A program made the translations under genes and the position numbers. Shown here one piece after another: positions 1 through 13,486 of a stretch of DNA of 64,000 bases. The first letter of the stretch is position 1, and the number at the start of each line of letters is the position of its first letter. Source of the DNA: Eledone cirrhosa (taxonomy: Eukaryota); contig OZ024743.1 of NCBI GenBank assembly GCA_964016885.1, positions 246,822,001-246,886,000 on the forward strand, in the 5' to 3' direction. The notes under the pieces were generated by a model. It was not told the DNA's origin. It ran no database searches and worked only from the letters and a program-made list of their open reading frames with translations.

Positions 1-1289
1 AGTCAGTAACAGTGACAAGAAAATAAACAAACATTTTGGGTGGACTTGTTTTGAAGATAGCTAGTTTGGAAAAAATTGAGGCCATAGTAGAAGAGAGGAA
101 ATAAAATATCACACTATGGTTGCTGTATGTGAGTGAGAGAGTATTTTCTAATCAGCTATTGTGAACCAAGATGCTTGTGCATATAGCAGCAGTATCCAAT
201 ATGTGTGACATACTTGATTGAGTCTTTGAATTTCAAGAAGAATCAGTAACTAGTCAGCACTCAAGTATTTTCTGGTCCTGAAGAAGGCCAATGTTTGTGG
301 TGCAGTTCTGGTAATATTACACATGTGAGATAGTGATACTTAGTATTTGTAATAACTTTGATGACATACAAAGAAGGTTTATTTGATATACACAGCAATT
401 TTGTCATGCTTCTGGGGGAGTTGTGTACATTAAGGTCACTTGAACTTGGAGACGAGTGTAGTATGGGAACTAAACAACTCCTTGTTGCTGGATACAGAGA
501 AATTTTGCACTAAACTTGAAGTCTTCGTTGCTGGTGCTCAGATTAGAAAGGTGAATGATGGGAAAAGATGATTCTTCACATGTGTAGATACTAGCTTTCA
601 GGATGAATTTAACCCTTTTGATACCAAACCACCTGAAACCACTCAAGGTACTATGAAACAAAATTGTTAATTTTAATGTGTTTATACTTATCTATATTTA
701 TGTTCCAAACACCATGAGAAAATAAGTTATATTACTAAAACCCTCAAAATGTTTGATTATTTTCAAATTTATTTGGAAATCATAAGCAGTACCTTTTATT
801 AGAAATATAGTAACAAAAATGTTAAAATAAAGCATAGCATGGAAAGCAGAGATGCCTGTCAGAGCCCATTAAATATTAACTCTGATTAAATATTAACTTG
901 GCTTGTGACAACCCATCCAAACCTTACTCTGAGAGAGAGAGCATGTGGTTTTATTGTTCATGATCTGTAAAAATAAATCATGAGGTTGATATGAACAATT
1001 AAATCCCTTCAAGGCATTACCCCAGCATAACTGCAGTTTAATGAGTGAAACAAGTAAAAGAGCTGTATCACTAGAGAGGTTGTCTCACAGGACTCAGAGC
1101 CTGAACTGGTTATTTGCAGTCTCAGTGATCTGGGTTTCTAGACTCATTGTCATTACAGAAGCTAGCTACAACTCTTAAGTCAGTTCTCTGATAGCTGATG
1201 TCTACCAGAAGAGTAAACATTTAGAGACAGAAAGGAGTGGAAGACAAAATATACATAAGGAGAAAATTTGATGAGAGAGACTAATGGTG

Positions 1290-1705
1290 AGTGAGTAAGC
1301 ATTAAGAATAGGGGTATGTGAGGTGTCATAAGTAATAGATAGATGTGATGAGTCATAAGTAATAAATAAATGTGATGAGTCATAAGTAATAAATAAATGT
1401 GATGAGTCATAAGTAATAAATAAATGTGATGAGTCATAAGTAATAGACAGATATGAGAGTCATTGTTTCTACTTTTGGCACAAGGCCAACAATTACTCAG
1501 TACATTACTGGTACTTTATTTTATCGACCCCGTAAGGATGAAAGGCAAAGTTAACCTCGGCGGGATTTGAACTCAGACCGTAAAGGGACGTAACTATGCT
1601 GGAAAGCATGGTGTCCGACTCTCTACCGATACTGCCAATCCACCGCCCTATGAGGAGTCATTAATGATAGATGTGAGGAGTCAATGATAAATAGATGTTG
1701 AGAGT
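1290..1705. repeat. 27-bp minisatellite (gagtcataagtaataaataaatgtgat) interrupted by a SINE
   Basis: About 6 units before 1462 and about 2 degenerate units after 1650. Confidence 0.85.
1462..1648 (-). mobile_element. tRNA-derived SINE family 1 (Deu/Nin-like central domain)
   Basis: Minus strand has A box tggcagtatcgg, B box gagttcaaatcc, then gcctttcatccttacggggtcgataaaataaagtaccag. Repeated several times in the window. Confidence 0.88.
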
Positions 1706-2061
1706 AAAGACCCCCTTCAGCCACAAATGACCATGGATTTTACACCTAGAAAGCTCTCCTCTGAGGCACAAACTTGAGCAAGGTAATTTTCTGGAAGACC
1801 AGCAATCACCCATGCAAACCAATCTCCATGACACTGTGGTCGTCCAAGAGAAAGGCAAAGTTGATACATTGTGGCACCTGAGATGTTGCAACTCATTTCT
1901 ACAACTGAATGAACCAGAACATAAAATAAAAGGTCTTGCTAGAGGATAAAACACACAAATAAATTTGAAAATAATCAAGAATTTAGAAGGATTTAACTTT
2001 TTCATTATGTATTAAATTTGTTTTCTTGCATAAAATTATGATGGAAAATTTTTAGATAAAT

Positions 2062-2092
2062 ATTAGACCACCCGTGACCCGCTTGGTCACGT
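2062..2092 (-). mobile_element. Helitron-like 3' end
   Basis: Minus strand cgtgacc-aagcg-ggtcacg hairpin followed a few nt later by CTAA (CTRR). The 5' end was not located. A 60-bp tandem duplication at about 2270-2380 may lie inside the element. Confidence 0.45.
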
Positions 2093-5000
2093 TCGCTTCC
2101 AAATATTAAAAAAAAAGTCATGTTCACTTAAAAATAATTTTTAAATAATTAAAATATACAGACATGTATATAATGCGAAATGAAACAGGAAGGTCCATAT
2201 ATATATATATATATATATACATGTGGCAATAGAATAAGACTTACAATATAATATATTCATATATAATCTCATGAAAGCATTCTGCAGCTGTTGTGTATAA
2301 AACAATTATAAAATAGGCCATATCATGAAAACATTCTGCAGCTGTTGTGTATAAAACATTTATAAAATAGGCCATACCATAGGTTTCAGTGTATAGTATA
2401 TGAAATATTGGTTGGATGTAGGAAAGGATCTTAAAAATTACGCATTCTGTATGTGTGTTAAGTTCAGTTTTTTTTTTCTCTATTTTTTTTCTTTAGTGCT
2501 TAGTCAGAGGTAAGGACAGCACCTATGAATGACCCTTTAAAGGTGCTCCAAGACTGGTAGGAAGGAGAGGAAGGTCTCCTCAAACTCGAGACATACCTCA
2601 AATGCTTACAACAAAGTGGATACCTCTAAAGATACTCAAGGGCCTGATATTAGTGGTGTTAAACTGAGAGATGAATTAGGTCAACTGCCCAAATTAGCCA
2701 CATCAGGATTTGAACTCAGAATGCAAATAGCTGGAACAAATACTGCAAGGCATCTCATCTAACAATTCTACTGATCTATCACACTGGACTGGTACTTCAT
2801 TTTATTAATCCTGAAAGGATGAAAAGCAAAGTTGATCTTACCAAAATTTGAACTCAGAACACATAGATGCAACAAATATCACAATTTTGTTCTAAACTCT
2901 AACTGTGCCAATTTGAAAGAGAAAATTATTTTGATACCAAACCATCTGAAACTGACCATGATTCTACAATACAAAACTGCTTATTTTCAAATGTTTATAT
3001 TTATCTAAAAACCTTCCATCATAATTCTATGTAAGCATTTTAAAGTGATGTTCCAAACACCTAATAAATAATGAGAAAGATATTTATATTATTAAATCGC
3101 TTCAAATTCTCGATTATTTTTAGTATTATTTGAAACACATAGGCATTGTTTTTTTTCAGTTGAAATATAGTAAAGAAAGAATTAAAAATCAATTATTTTA
3201 ATTCTGAATTGGTATAATTAACTTAACATAACAGTTTTATGCCCACTTTTCCATCTGGCACGAATTAGACGGAATGTTTTGAGAAAATGCATTACATCTG
3301 GATGCCGTTTACAACACGCGGGGATAAAGTGTATCTATTCTAAAAACAGGAATATACACGGCAATGCTTTTTTTTTTAAAGGGAGAGGGTTACAGTTCCC
3401 AGCAGAAATAACACAAAAGGAAGAATTAACATTAAGGTTATATTAAACAGAAAAGATCATTCAGACTTTCGGGTTAAGAATATGAAAAAGGCAGCTTCAA
3501 CTCTATAAAAGGATAACGAACTATGTGGAGTTTCTCTTTACTGAGAAAACATGGGTCGTCGATAGTAATTATCGTACCCAGTCACCGCTAAGAAAGCTTT
3601 AAATATGGTAAATCTATAGAACACCCCCATCCATTTCAGCGGGAAATAATTATTTTTCCTTTTTTTTTTTTTCGTGTGACATCAATTAAACTTACCTCCG
3701 AATATACCTCGGAGTTTTCTTTATATTTTCCGCTCTTTTCTTTTTTCGTGTGCTACCAATTTATCTTACCTCTGAACATGCCGCAAGGACTTTTTCCCCG
3801 GAAAACGGGATCCTCGGACCTTCTTTGGTGAGAAGGTGGTGGGGTGAAAATTCCGAGGGTCCCCGCTTGCGTTTTTCAGGAAAAAAGTCCTTTGTAGCAT
3901 ATAAAATAATTATTTCCCGCTGAAATCGATGGAGGGGGGGGGTATAATAATACTAATAGCGTTATGAAAAACCTGGAGCTCAGACAAAGTCAATTGTTTC
4001 AAACATTTTCACTACTAAGGGTCCCTTTTATTTAAATGAATGTTCCCACGGCGCTTAAATACAATAACACCTCTTCTAGATTGTTATACAGTGAGGATAA
4101 CAATAGAAATATTAAAAAAAAAAAAAAAAAAAAACATTTATACTTAGAAAAGTATGGATATCCAATAGCGTGTACATATGTTTTTAACATATTTAGACAC
4201 CTTTGGTAAGAGACACCTGTCGAACTAAATTCACTAGAAACACTTTACGAAATCTTAAATACCCACCCTACCATTCAACTGTAAAAATATAAAGGTGCAA
4301 ATGTTAAACATTAAATTTAATGACAGGCTAACTGACGATAAATATATTTGGATAAAATAGTGTTAAAATCCGTTACACATGAATATACACAATGTTATAC
4401 AGACGATGGTATTGGAGTTTTTTGCACATTCAAAACTTTATTGGAAAAGCATCTAAGTTAGGGCTATCGACACAACCCTGGATTCCAGGATGGTGGAACG
4501 CTACAACTTTAAATGTATCTTCATGCTTATCCCAGATCAAAGTGTAGCAAGTTTATTGCCGGTCATCCTTGATCATGTATTGTCAATTAGTCACATTTTA
4601 ATTGTCGACTTACATGTTTATAACAATTCCAGATTATTACTCCATTAATCACACCATTTTGTAAACCCCAATGAACAAACGTTGAACATAAACAGCACCA
4701 TAGTAAGAACATGGAATAACGTGAAAAGTAAATGTGGAACTATGCATTGATTTTCCAATCTGTTCTGTTAACCTGGCGTCGTGTTCACAAAAATATATTT
4801 ATGGCCTTTATCCATTACTATTCTATGTAATGTTTTATAATAAATGTTTTTATGCTTGAATTTTATGTACCTAAAATGAAAGCCATCTATTTATGAACAT
4901 AATCTCTCAAAATTCGGTACTTCATTAATGTGAACATAGAAATAATTAAGTATTATGAGAAAAATGGGGAGAAACAACTTCACTTACATTCTAAAATGTG

Positions 5001-5500
5001 CTACATACGTGAAACAAACAATAAGAATAATCAATGTCCAATTGATGTTCAGTTAATTGACTTAGTAATGAGACACCGAACAGCAGAAGACCGGTAAACG
5101 TGAGAAATGTTTCAGACGACGTAGTAAAAAATAGGTGTGACAAAATGACATGGCAGAGTTTAACGTGACCACCCCGTACATGTATGTAAACGGATAATAA
5201 GAAGAAATAATTAAAAAAAAATATTAAAACAAGATAACGAAACTTACATGTGAAGATTAATTTCATGTGGTGAGGAGATAGCGGAAGTTATAGTTAGTCA
5301 TCTCGAGTTGAACATTTATTTTGAATTGTAGTTACGTAGTACTAACTCGATTTTAATATGTTTGTATAAAGAGTTTATTTTGTATTCCTAAATTTGCTAG
5401 AAATATAATGTATATATATATTTAATATGTTGAATCTTTATTATATTGATGTTTCGTATTAATCAAGTCCATAACAATAAGTTTTCACGTAGCTATCATA

Positions 5501-5684
5501 ATTGTTTCTACTTTTGGCACAAGACCAGCAATTACCCAGTACATTACTGCTACTTTATTTTATCGACCCTGTAAGGATGAAAGGCAAAGTTAACCTCGGC
5601 GGGATTTGAACTCAGATCGTAAAGGGACGCAACTACGCTGGAAAGCATGTCTGACCCTCTACCAATACTGCCAATCCACCGCCC
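5501..5684 (-). mobile_element. SINE family 1 copy
   Basis: Closely similar to 1462-1648. Confidence 0.88.
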
Positions 5685-5689
5685 TCATT

Positions 5690-7590
5690 CATCTCCCTCC
5701 ATGTTGCCAATCGCTTCCAGTTGTGTTTAACTGGGATGTCACCAGCTAACCTTTTCCCACATCCTCTAGCACTTCCAGCCAGGCTTTCTTCTCCATGGTT
5801 AGGATGTCTGCCCTATTTTTCTCTGAGGGTACAAATACCACATTCAACTTCAGGCCAAACTCAGTAGCCTGCTCTCCCAAAGTTCCCAGTTGGTGCTTTA
5901 TTAACATTTCTGCCGTCCCTCTTGTTCACACCCTCCTGTCACTGGTAAGTACTGAGTTCACCCATCCCAGTACGAATCTCTATGGTACACAACCCCCTCT
6001 CAGGGCAAGATTCACTCCCCTCAGCACAGCATTCAATTCAGCCATGTTGATGTGCTTTCAGTCTTCCTTCTTCCAGAGCCAGGCTGCATCCTTGACGTTG
6101 ACACCCCCTATTTCCAGAGCGACCCCATCTGCCTTTACCCTCTCTACAATCTTCCGCATCATGGCCACCATCCTCTCTCCTACCCTGTCTCCCCAGCTCA
6201 CTCCGTCCACTCGTCTCTTGACATAACTGGATGCTGTTCAGAGTCACCCCGTGATTGGATAGTGGGCCAGCAATTTCCCGCACATTGAGAAAAGTTCTTG
6301 TCTGTCTATGTCAGTGCCTAGTTCTAGGACTTCCTTTCTTCTCTGAAATACCAGTGTGCCCATCTTGTCTCTTTGCAGCTTGAGTCCCAGTGTGGCTCCT
6401 CCTTTCATCGCTTGAGGCAGTTTTGTAGTTAACCCGAACCATCCTAGATGGTTTGAGACCTCTGTTGCCGACACCACAGTCTCAACTACCAAGATATCGT
6501 CGATGTAGGAATTGGTAGCCCTCGTCACCTTGTCCACCTTCCCCAGAATGGCTTTGAGAACTGTCGCCATGATCTTTTCAACCCAAACCCCAGCCTGATC
6601 AGGCAGTATGTCTGACCAGCTGATACTTCCACAGTTTTTCAGGTATGTTTAGCTACAAATATGCCAACTTTAAGTTGACAATCATGGAGGCCCCCATCAT
6701 TTGTCCTCACTTTTGCAATGTTTCACCGCAGACATCTGTGACCTCGCCACCTATGTGACGTGACACGTGTTCATTCATTTCACAAAACTTAAGCATCAGT
6801 CTGACCGTGTTCTTCGTTGGTTGCACTACTGCCATTAATGGCAACACTCTGCTCTTTATCTCCTTTCAAGGGATTAATACGCCCTCTCGATCCCTCTTTG
6901 CTCAAACTCGCTTGTAGCATCCCCTTTCAGGGTATGCCGATAGCAACTCCCTCTGTTTTTTAATGTCAGGGCCTTTCCTTTCTAGTACCACTCAACTATC
7001 CACCACTGACTGTTGAACACAGCCCTGAAATTCTTGTCTCGTATGGTATGAAGAGCACATTTTTCTTCATGGATCTCTCTGTTCCCATGTTGCACACTCA
7101 CGGCGCATAGTGTTCCCGCACTACCAAACGTTACCCCATACTCACTCAAGGTAACCTGTAACCTCTCCTAAGCAGTCAATCACATCCACGCCCATTACCA
7201 CAGCAATTCCATCCATCACATGGTCAATCACGATTGCCTGCAACCTTATTTTTATTCCTCATACTGCCACCTCCACCCCACTGCCACTTCTGCCTCTAAT
7301 CTCCCTGCCATTGACTGCCCTCACAGTACTCATCTAACTCCATTTTTTAACCACCTCCATGGTCACTAATGTCATTGTGCAGTCTGTGTCCAGAAGGGTT
7401 CACGACAGCTTCACCTCCACCAGAACTTTCACTATGGACAGTGACTGCAAGAGCACCTCTACTTGCCCCTGGGAGTAGCTACTGGTGCAGTAACTCCCAT
7501 TTGACTGTTTCTCTGGTTGCAATTGTTAGCAATGTGGCCTGCCTGCTTATATTGGTAGCAAATTTCAGGCTTCGGCTCCCTATCTAAAAT
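5690..7590 (-). mobile_element. Old degenerate Gypsy-like pol fragment (protease/RT/RNase H remains)
   Basis: ORF 6244..6570 has SYIDDILV followed by ELFSMCGKLLAHYP. There are RNase H-like remnants downstream, GC content is higher than the flanks, frameshifts are numerous, and no LTRs were seen. Confidence 0.7.
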
Positions 7591-10500
7591 GTTTTTAGAT
7601 AAATATATACACATTAAAACAAACAGTTTTGCATCATAGAAGCATGAGTGGTTTCAAGTGGGTTAGTATGAAAAGGGCTGGAATAGACCTTTGTTAGTTT
7701 CAATGACAAGTGTTCCAGTTGTTCAATCAAAGTGGCAGCCTGCTCATGAAATTAATATGGAAGTGGCTGAGCATTCCACAGACACATATTTTTTATGTAA
7801 TTCATGGGGAGATTTGGCACAACACAGTGTGTAACAAAACTGACTCTTTGAATTACAGTTACAGTCCATCTGAGTGACTTCCAAACAATTTCCATCAACC
7901 ACACAATGGAATTGAAACTGGAACATCATAATTATGAAGTAAACTTCTTAACCATTTCGGCAGCCTATGTACACATCAAACAGAGTTAAACCATATGATG
8001 GAAGAAACGATTCAAGCTATTGTGTAGCTGAAACCGTGAAAGTATGAAGGATAGTATACTGATATATGTCTACATACATTGTGGATAGGCAGTCTTAGCA
8101 AATAGAAGCTGTTCTCAATCTGCCTGGTAAAGGCAACATGCCACAAGATGTTAAGGATGTATTCATATCAGAATGCTCAAATTCATATGTCTCTCATATA
8201 TGGAACTGTAATTCTTGATGGAGTTGTAGGGGCACTATCGTGATATATGAGTAGGTTGCTCCTTTGACAAAATATACTAACACCTACTATATAGAATCAT
8301 CTACAGTAAACAACAGCTTGACAGCTGAATAGTAGATCCATATCATTAGCATGCTTCATTGACTTTCATTGTTACCAATTTATGATACATAAATATTCAA
8401 TTAATTCTTGTTGGAATCAACTTTACTTTTTATTCTTCTGATGTCATTGAAACTAATTATACTAAGGGCCCTATTCAGAGTCAATATCCATTCAATTCTG
8501 GAACCAGGATCGATGGAAAGAGGCCTGATTAGCTTACCCTTTGTCCTTGGGCTAAAGGTACATGTCACATGTAGGACATCCCTATTGACGTTTGTGTTGT
8601 TCCTACACACATCCCAAATGCTGCAGCAGAGCTGGGGGGGGGGGGGGGGTCACTGCATTCATAACCAAATGAAATAAATTCCTGAAATAGACCAATAAAC
8701 AACGTATCAGCTGCTATATAGTGGATCTTCCACTAGATCAAAAGAGGGAGGGTTGAAATGATGTCTATCTGCTCATGACAACATAGGCACTTAAAATCCT
8801 TAGTGAAAACATGGTGCATACTACCAAATCATACTTGATTGTGAGTGATGGTTGTAGTACCATTGAAATATTTAATTTATTTTTTCTTTGTTATTTCTTT
8901 CCACCATCCCTCTCCTTCCACACACATACATAACTAGTTGATTGGGCTTTTAACCATTCTGTCTCTCTCTCTTTCACTAGTTCAATCACTCTCATCATCT
9001 CTCTCTCTTTATTTCACTTGCTATCTGTCCCACTCTCTATCTCAGACACTCATGTACTTTCTTTTTCTTTCCAAAGATTCTTTGGCAAACATTTAATTTA
9101 ATTTCTCAAAGACCCTGTAAAGTTTTAGTGTTAATACCACAATAAAATGCATCTAGTACAGTCTGTAAGTGGTAGTGCTGATGTCATGATAAAATGCACC
9201 CTGTCCATTATGTAAGGTGGTTAGCATTAAGAAGAGCATCCAGTCATAGAAACCCGACTAAATATGTAATAAATAAATGAGATCATGCCAACCTGTCTAA
9301 CACATGCCAGCATGGAAAGCAGATGTAAAATGATGATGATAGTGATGAGGAGGGGGAGGAGGAGGAAAGGTATTAGATGTTACCAATGACACTGCCTTCT
9401 CATTGTCTTTTTCCTTTCTCATTTACCTTCACATTTCTTCTTTCTCCACCATCATCATCAGTGTCATGAATATTGTTATCATTCTTTTTATGTTCTTCCA
9501 TTTTCACATAATAATAATAATATTAATGATAATAATTTCTACGTTTTTCCTCAGTAAAGAACTAACATCCATGAAAGAATTTTACAATATGTATCATCTA
9601 TCGACAATATGACACACGTACACTTCAGTATTGTTTGATAAAATAGAAATTCTCTGATCATTATTTTACAAATGCATTTATCTTTTTAAAAAACTTCATA
9701 TTAGTGGTCTGTGGGATTTAAAATTATGAATTTAGTGGTCTGTGATGTCCGAAACGTTGGTGACTGCTGCCATTTTATTCATTCATCTGGTTTTTCCAAT
9801 TACTGCCCTTACTGTTCTACTATCCATATCTAACACTACCACAACACACTACATTTTGGGGGAGGGTTTAGTTGATTCAAAGTGAAAACCCAGAGCCTTC
9901 TCATTTCTGTTGGAGGAACCTCTCTTTGATTGACCTCCATCACTTCCTATTTTTGGCCATATTAGGCCATGTGGGTCAGAGGTATCAGGTCAGATCATTG
10001 TGTCATCTGGTCTTTGGCCACTCTGGTTCTTCTCTACTGCCTTGGTGTCCACTCTGTCACTGTAATAGTCCACCTATTGTCTCTGAAATGAGAGACATGG
10101 TGAGCCCATCTATGTTGATTGTATCAACCAAATAATTGACAGGTATTTTATTTTACCAACCTCAGAAAAAGGGGGAAAAAAGTTAACCTTGGTGAAATTT
10201 AAATTAAAAATGTATTGATCATGTTGTAATTTATTTAAACCTCTTCATCCTAGCAAACCATAAGGCTTTGATAACATTGCCCCTCTTTTGTTGTCCTACA
10301 TTTGGAGTGCTGATTCCACCAGTTTTCCTCTATCACCTCAATTTTTGGTGATATAGCGTTTCCCTTTATATGCTCATGTATCAACTCATGAGTTGAAGTA
10401 AGGATCCTGGTAGCATCTTATATTTTTGACCCTTAGAATTTGAACCTATTTTTAGATATATTTGAACTGTTGATTCTAAAAAAGGTCTCATCTCTAATTT

Positions 10501-12928
10501 ATAATGTTATTTTGATACAAAAATAACATTTTTAATGTTATTGATATCATAGTATGAAGGGTGGTAGATTGACAGACTTGGTAGAGTGTCAGATAAAATA
10601 CCACTTGATACCAGGTTGATAAAATAAAATACCAGTCAAGTACTGGAGTTGATTTAATCAACTTTGCCCTTCTCCAAAATTTGCTGGCCTTGTACCTAAA
10701 GTAGAAATTAATATATCACATGCTATTAAAACAACCATCATGAATGTGAAAATTTAAGAACAGATTACATATTCCATGCTTGAAATATATTTCAGTTTTT
10801 CATTATGGGAGATTTGTCTATAATAAATCTATTGTTGTCCTGCATTAAATACCTTTTAACAATCATACTTTCTTCTTTCTTATATGCTACATTTATGTAA
10901 CACATTTATGGTGTCAACAAATGAATTATTTCAAATTCTTAAATAACTATATGGAGCCCTGTTATAGGACAGATTTTATGGACAATGTCAACTGGCAGGA
11001 GACCCAGAGTTAGACTATGAGCAAGATACGTTGGATAACATTCATAAGCTCGGTTGGTCATGCTTGGGGATCCAGCCAGATTATTTGGAGATGGCTGCTC
11101 CTGGAAGGTTTATCTCAGGACTCTGCCCCAACGATCCTCTCATGAATAGTGGGAAGGAAGAAGAACCTTATGTATGTATATATCTAGTCTCACTGCAAAG
11201 ATCTGTTGGATAGTTTGTGTAGGCCCCACAAGGACCTGTTGGGTAATTTGCGATAGGAATTGAACAAACCAGTTTCATTGATCCTGAAGAGTTGAAAACT
11301 CTTCATGAACCCCTTGTCTCCTTCTCAAAATGATTGACATTTTAATAACTAACCTTCTAGAAAGGTGGTTGATTTAATAGTTGTTATAGTGTTAAATATT
11401 TGTCTTGGATCTCTATGTTCTGAGCTCTAAACCTGCTGAGGCTTATATTGTTTTTCATGTTATGAGGGTTAATAAAGAAAGAATTACCCCAATGCTGGTA
11501 CAGTCTTCTCCCCTTTCAATTGCCACATCCTGGATGTTCTGCTGGATCAAGTGGGTGTTTGTGTCTGCCTGTGACTGCATAGGCACTTAAAATCCTTAGT
11601 GAAAGCATAGTACATACTACCAAGTCCTACTTGATTGTGAGTGATGGCTGTAGTTTTTCAGTACTACCACTCAATACCCTGGGAAACATTATCCTGTTTC
11701 TGTATTGCATTTAATTAAGAAGAAATCTGTGTGTAACAGCTGGGGTAAAAGCTGTATTTTATCTGTTAAACTAAAAAAGTCATTTTGTGATTCATTATTA
11801 AATTGACTTTTATCATATACACCATGTATTTACTCATATATCATGTGAAGAATTTGATATAAAAAAGGGGGCAGGGGGCATTATATTTGATATGGGAGCA
11901 AAGTTGTGAAGACATAGATGTGAATTAATAAAATACATGTATATATTAGTATTGGTAGTGTGAACAGTTTTTCTTGATTCCTGAAGGAGAGGCAAGCAGA
12001 TTCTGATGAGTTGTTGAGTAATAACGAAACCAGTTGGTCCCATCCAAATGCTGAAAAGACCCTCATAGTATCTTATTTAGCAACATATGGATATGACTTC
12101 TTATATTTTATTTATTTTTAACATGTGCTGTGTTGATACTCACGTAGTTGTTCCAAATACTGCTGAGAAGACTCTTTAGTTGTGCCAAGGGCGTGACAAC
12201 TTCTCTATTCTTGGTAACATAACATTCACCCAGTATACTCTGTAAAGTGGTTGGTGATAGGAAGGGAATCCAGCTGTAGAAAAATTGCCAAACAAAGAGT
12301 CAAGCAACTCTTTAGTTGTGTCAAAAATATGACAACCTCACAAGTGCAGGTGCCATGATAAAACCTGGTGCATTCTGTCAGGTACAGGAATATACGTAAG
12401 GATGTTGTGGCCCCTGGTCTGCCTGTGAGGTTAATGATTCTGAGTGAGTGTTGATGTAGTCTGTGATGACCCACCCAACCCTTGCTAGCAGGGAAAATGG
12501 ATATTAAATGATGACGCCTCTGTAATTAAATATATAATTTAAGAGTGATGATGGCTATGGACTTGAGAGAAAATGCAAATTATAGCATTTGTTTTTGTAA
12601 ATGATTAATAAAGAGTGAAATTCTAACACCCAGAATCGGAAGCAAGTATGAATTGGTAAAGCTAGGAGTTTAGTTATATGTACAAACATAGCATGAGTAT
12701 AATGGCCCAAATATACATTACAACTTCCATCACTGCTACCATGTGTATGTCTATTTTACTACGCTTGCAAGAGTGTGCATGTCTTTTCTACCATGGTGTG
12801 TCACCACTTGTCATGATCCTTTGACATCTTCTTCATGAGGTTTAACCTATTGAGATACATTTTCACCACTTTGTCCTACATTCTAGGTCTCCCTCTTCCA
12901 CAGACTGCTAGGCACTTGTTTATACATC

Positions 12929-13427
12929 TGTACAGCCACCAGAAATAACATCTGTGAAATATACAGCGCCATCTACCTGTTAGCTAGCTACTTCAACGTG
13001 AAACAAAAGAACCCTTAAAACCTACCAGAATAAACGCCTACACAGCGGCTAAACATCAAACGATTGTTTCTGTATAAATAGAGTGGTTCCAAACACTTCG
13101 TGAGTTGACTTTTGGCAGAGTCAGCTAGCGTATCGTTGTTCCTCGCCTCTGCCACGCTTTGTCACTCACACACGTCTTATACCTCGTATCGTCGCTTCAT
13201 GTGAAAATAAATAGCTGATCGAATTTACATCTCGCCTTGCTTCGTCCTTTCAACTTGTGCTTTCGTCTGTCCATCCTCAACAGTTCTTTTAAGGGCTATA
13301 TGCGACAACAGTCCTTTTAAGGGCTATCTTCAGATCTGATCAGACCGTATGCGATAACAGTCCTTCTAAGGGCTATTCTCGGATCTGATCAGAAGTAGTG
13401 ACTAGACTGACTAACCACGTCGCTACA
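12929..13427 (+). repeat. 5' LTR
   Basis: Direct repeat of 17783-18281. Contains tataaata, aataaa and three short internal repeats aacagtyctt(t/c)taagggcta near the 3' end. Confidence 0.97.
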
Positions 13428-13429
13428 AT

Positions 13430-13446
13430 TGGTGACCCGAACGTGA
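13430..13446 (+). promoter_or_regulatory. Primer binding site (tRNA-Trp-like)
   Basis: tggtgacccgaacgtga lies 2 nt after the 5' LTR and is close to the tRNA-Trp PBS TGGTGACCCCGACGTGA typical of the CsRn1 clade. Confidence 0.8.
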
Positions 13447-13486
13447 GTCGAACGCGCAACCAGACAGCACCTAAGAAAATACCAAC

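Noticed and set aside
1180-1437. ORF with MTHHIYLLL repeats; superficially CRISPR-like periodicity
   Set aside because: A 27-bp head-to-tail minisatellite with no unique spacers, in a eukaryotic context with no cas genes.
1462-1648. tRNA genes at A/B-box sequences
   Set aside because: The boxes belong to SINE heads continuing into core and tail; no complete cloverleaf was seen.
5050-5350. CpG-enriched patch that could be a promoter or first exon
   Set aside because: No linked exon chain or diagnostic motif found; it could equally be a TE remnant.
8783-11655. 75-bp sequence repeated at about 8783-8860 and 11577-11653
   Set aside because: Diverged short repeat with no LTR termini, TSD or internal coding sequence; treated as fragments of a dispersed repeat.
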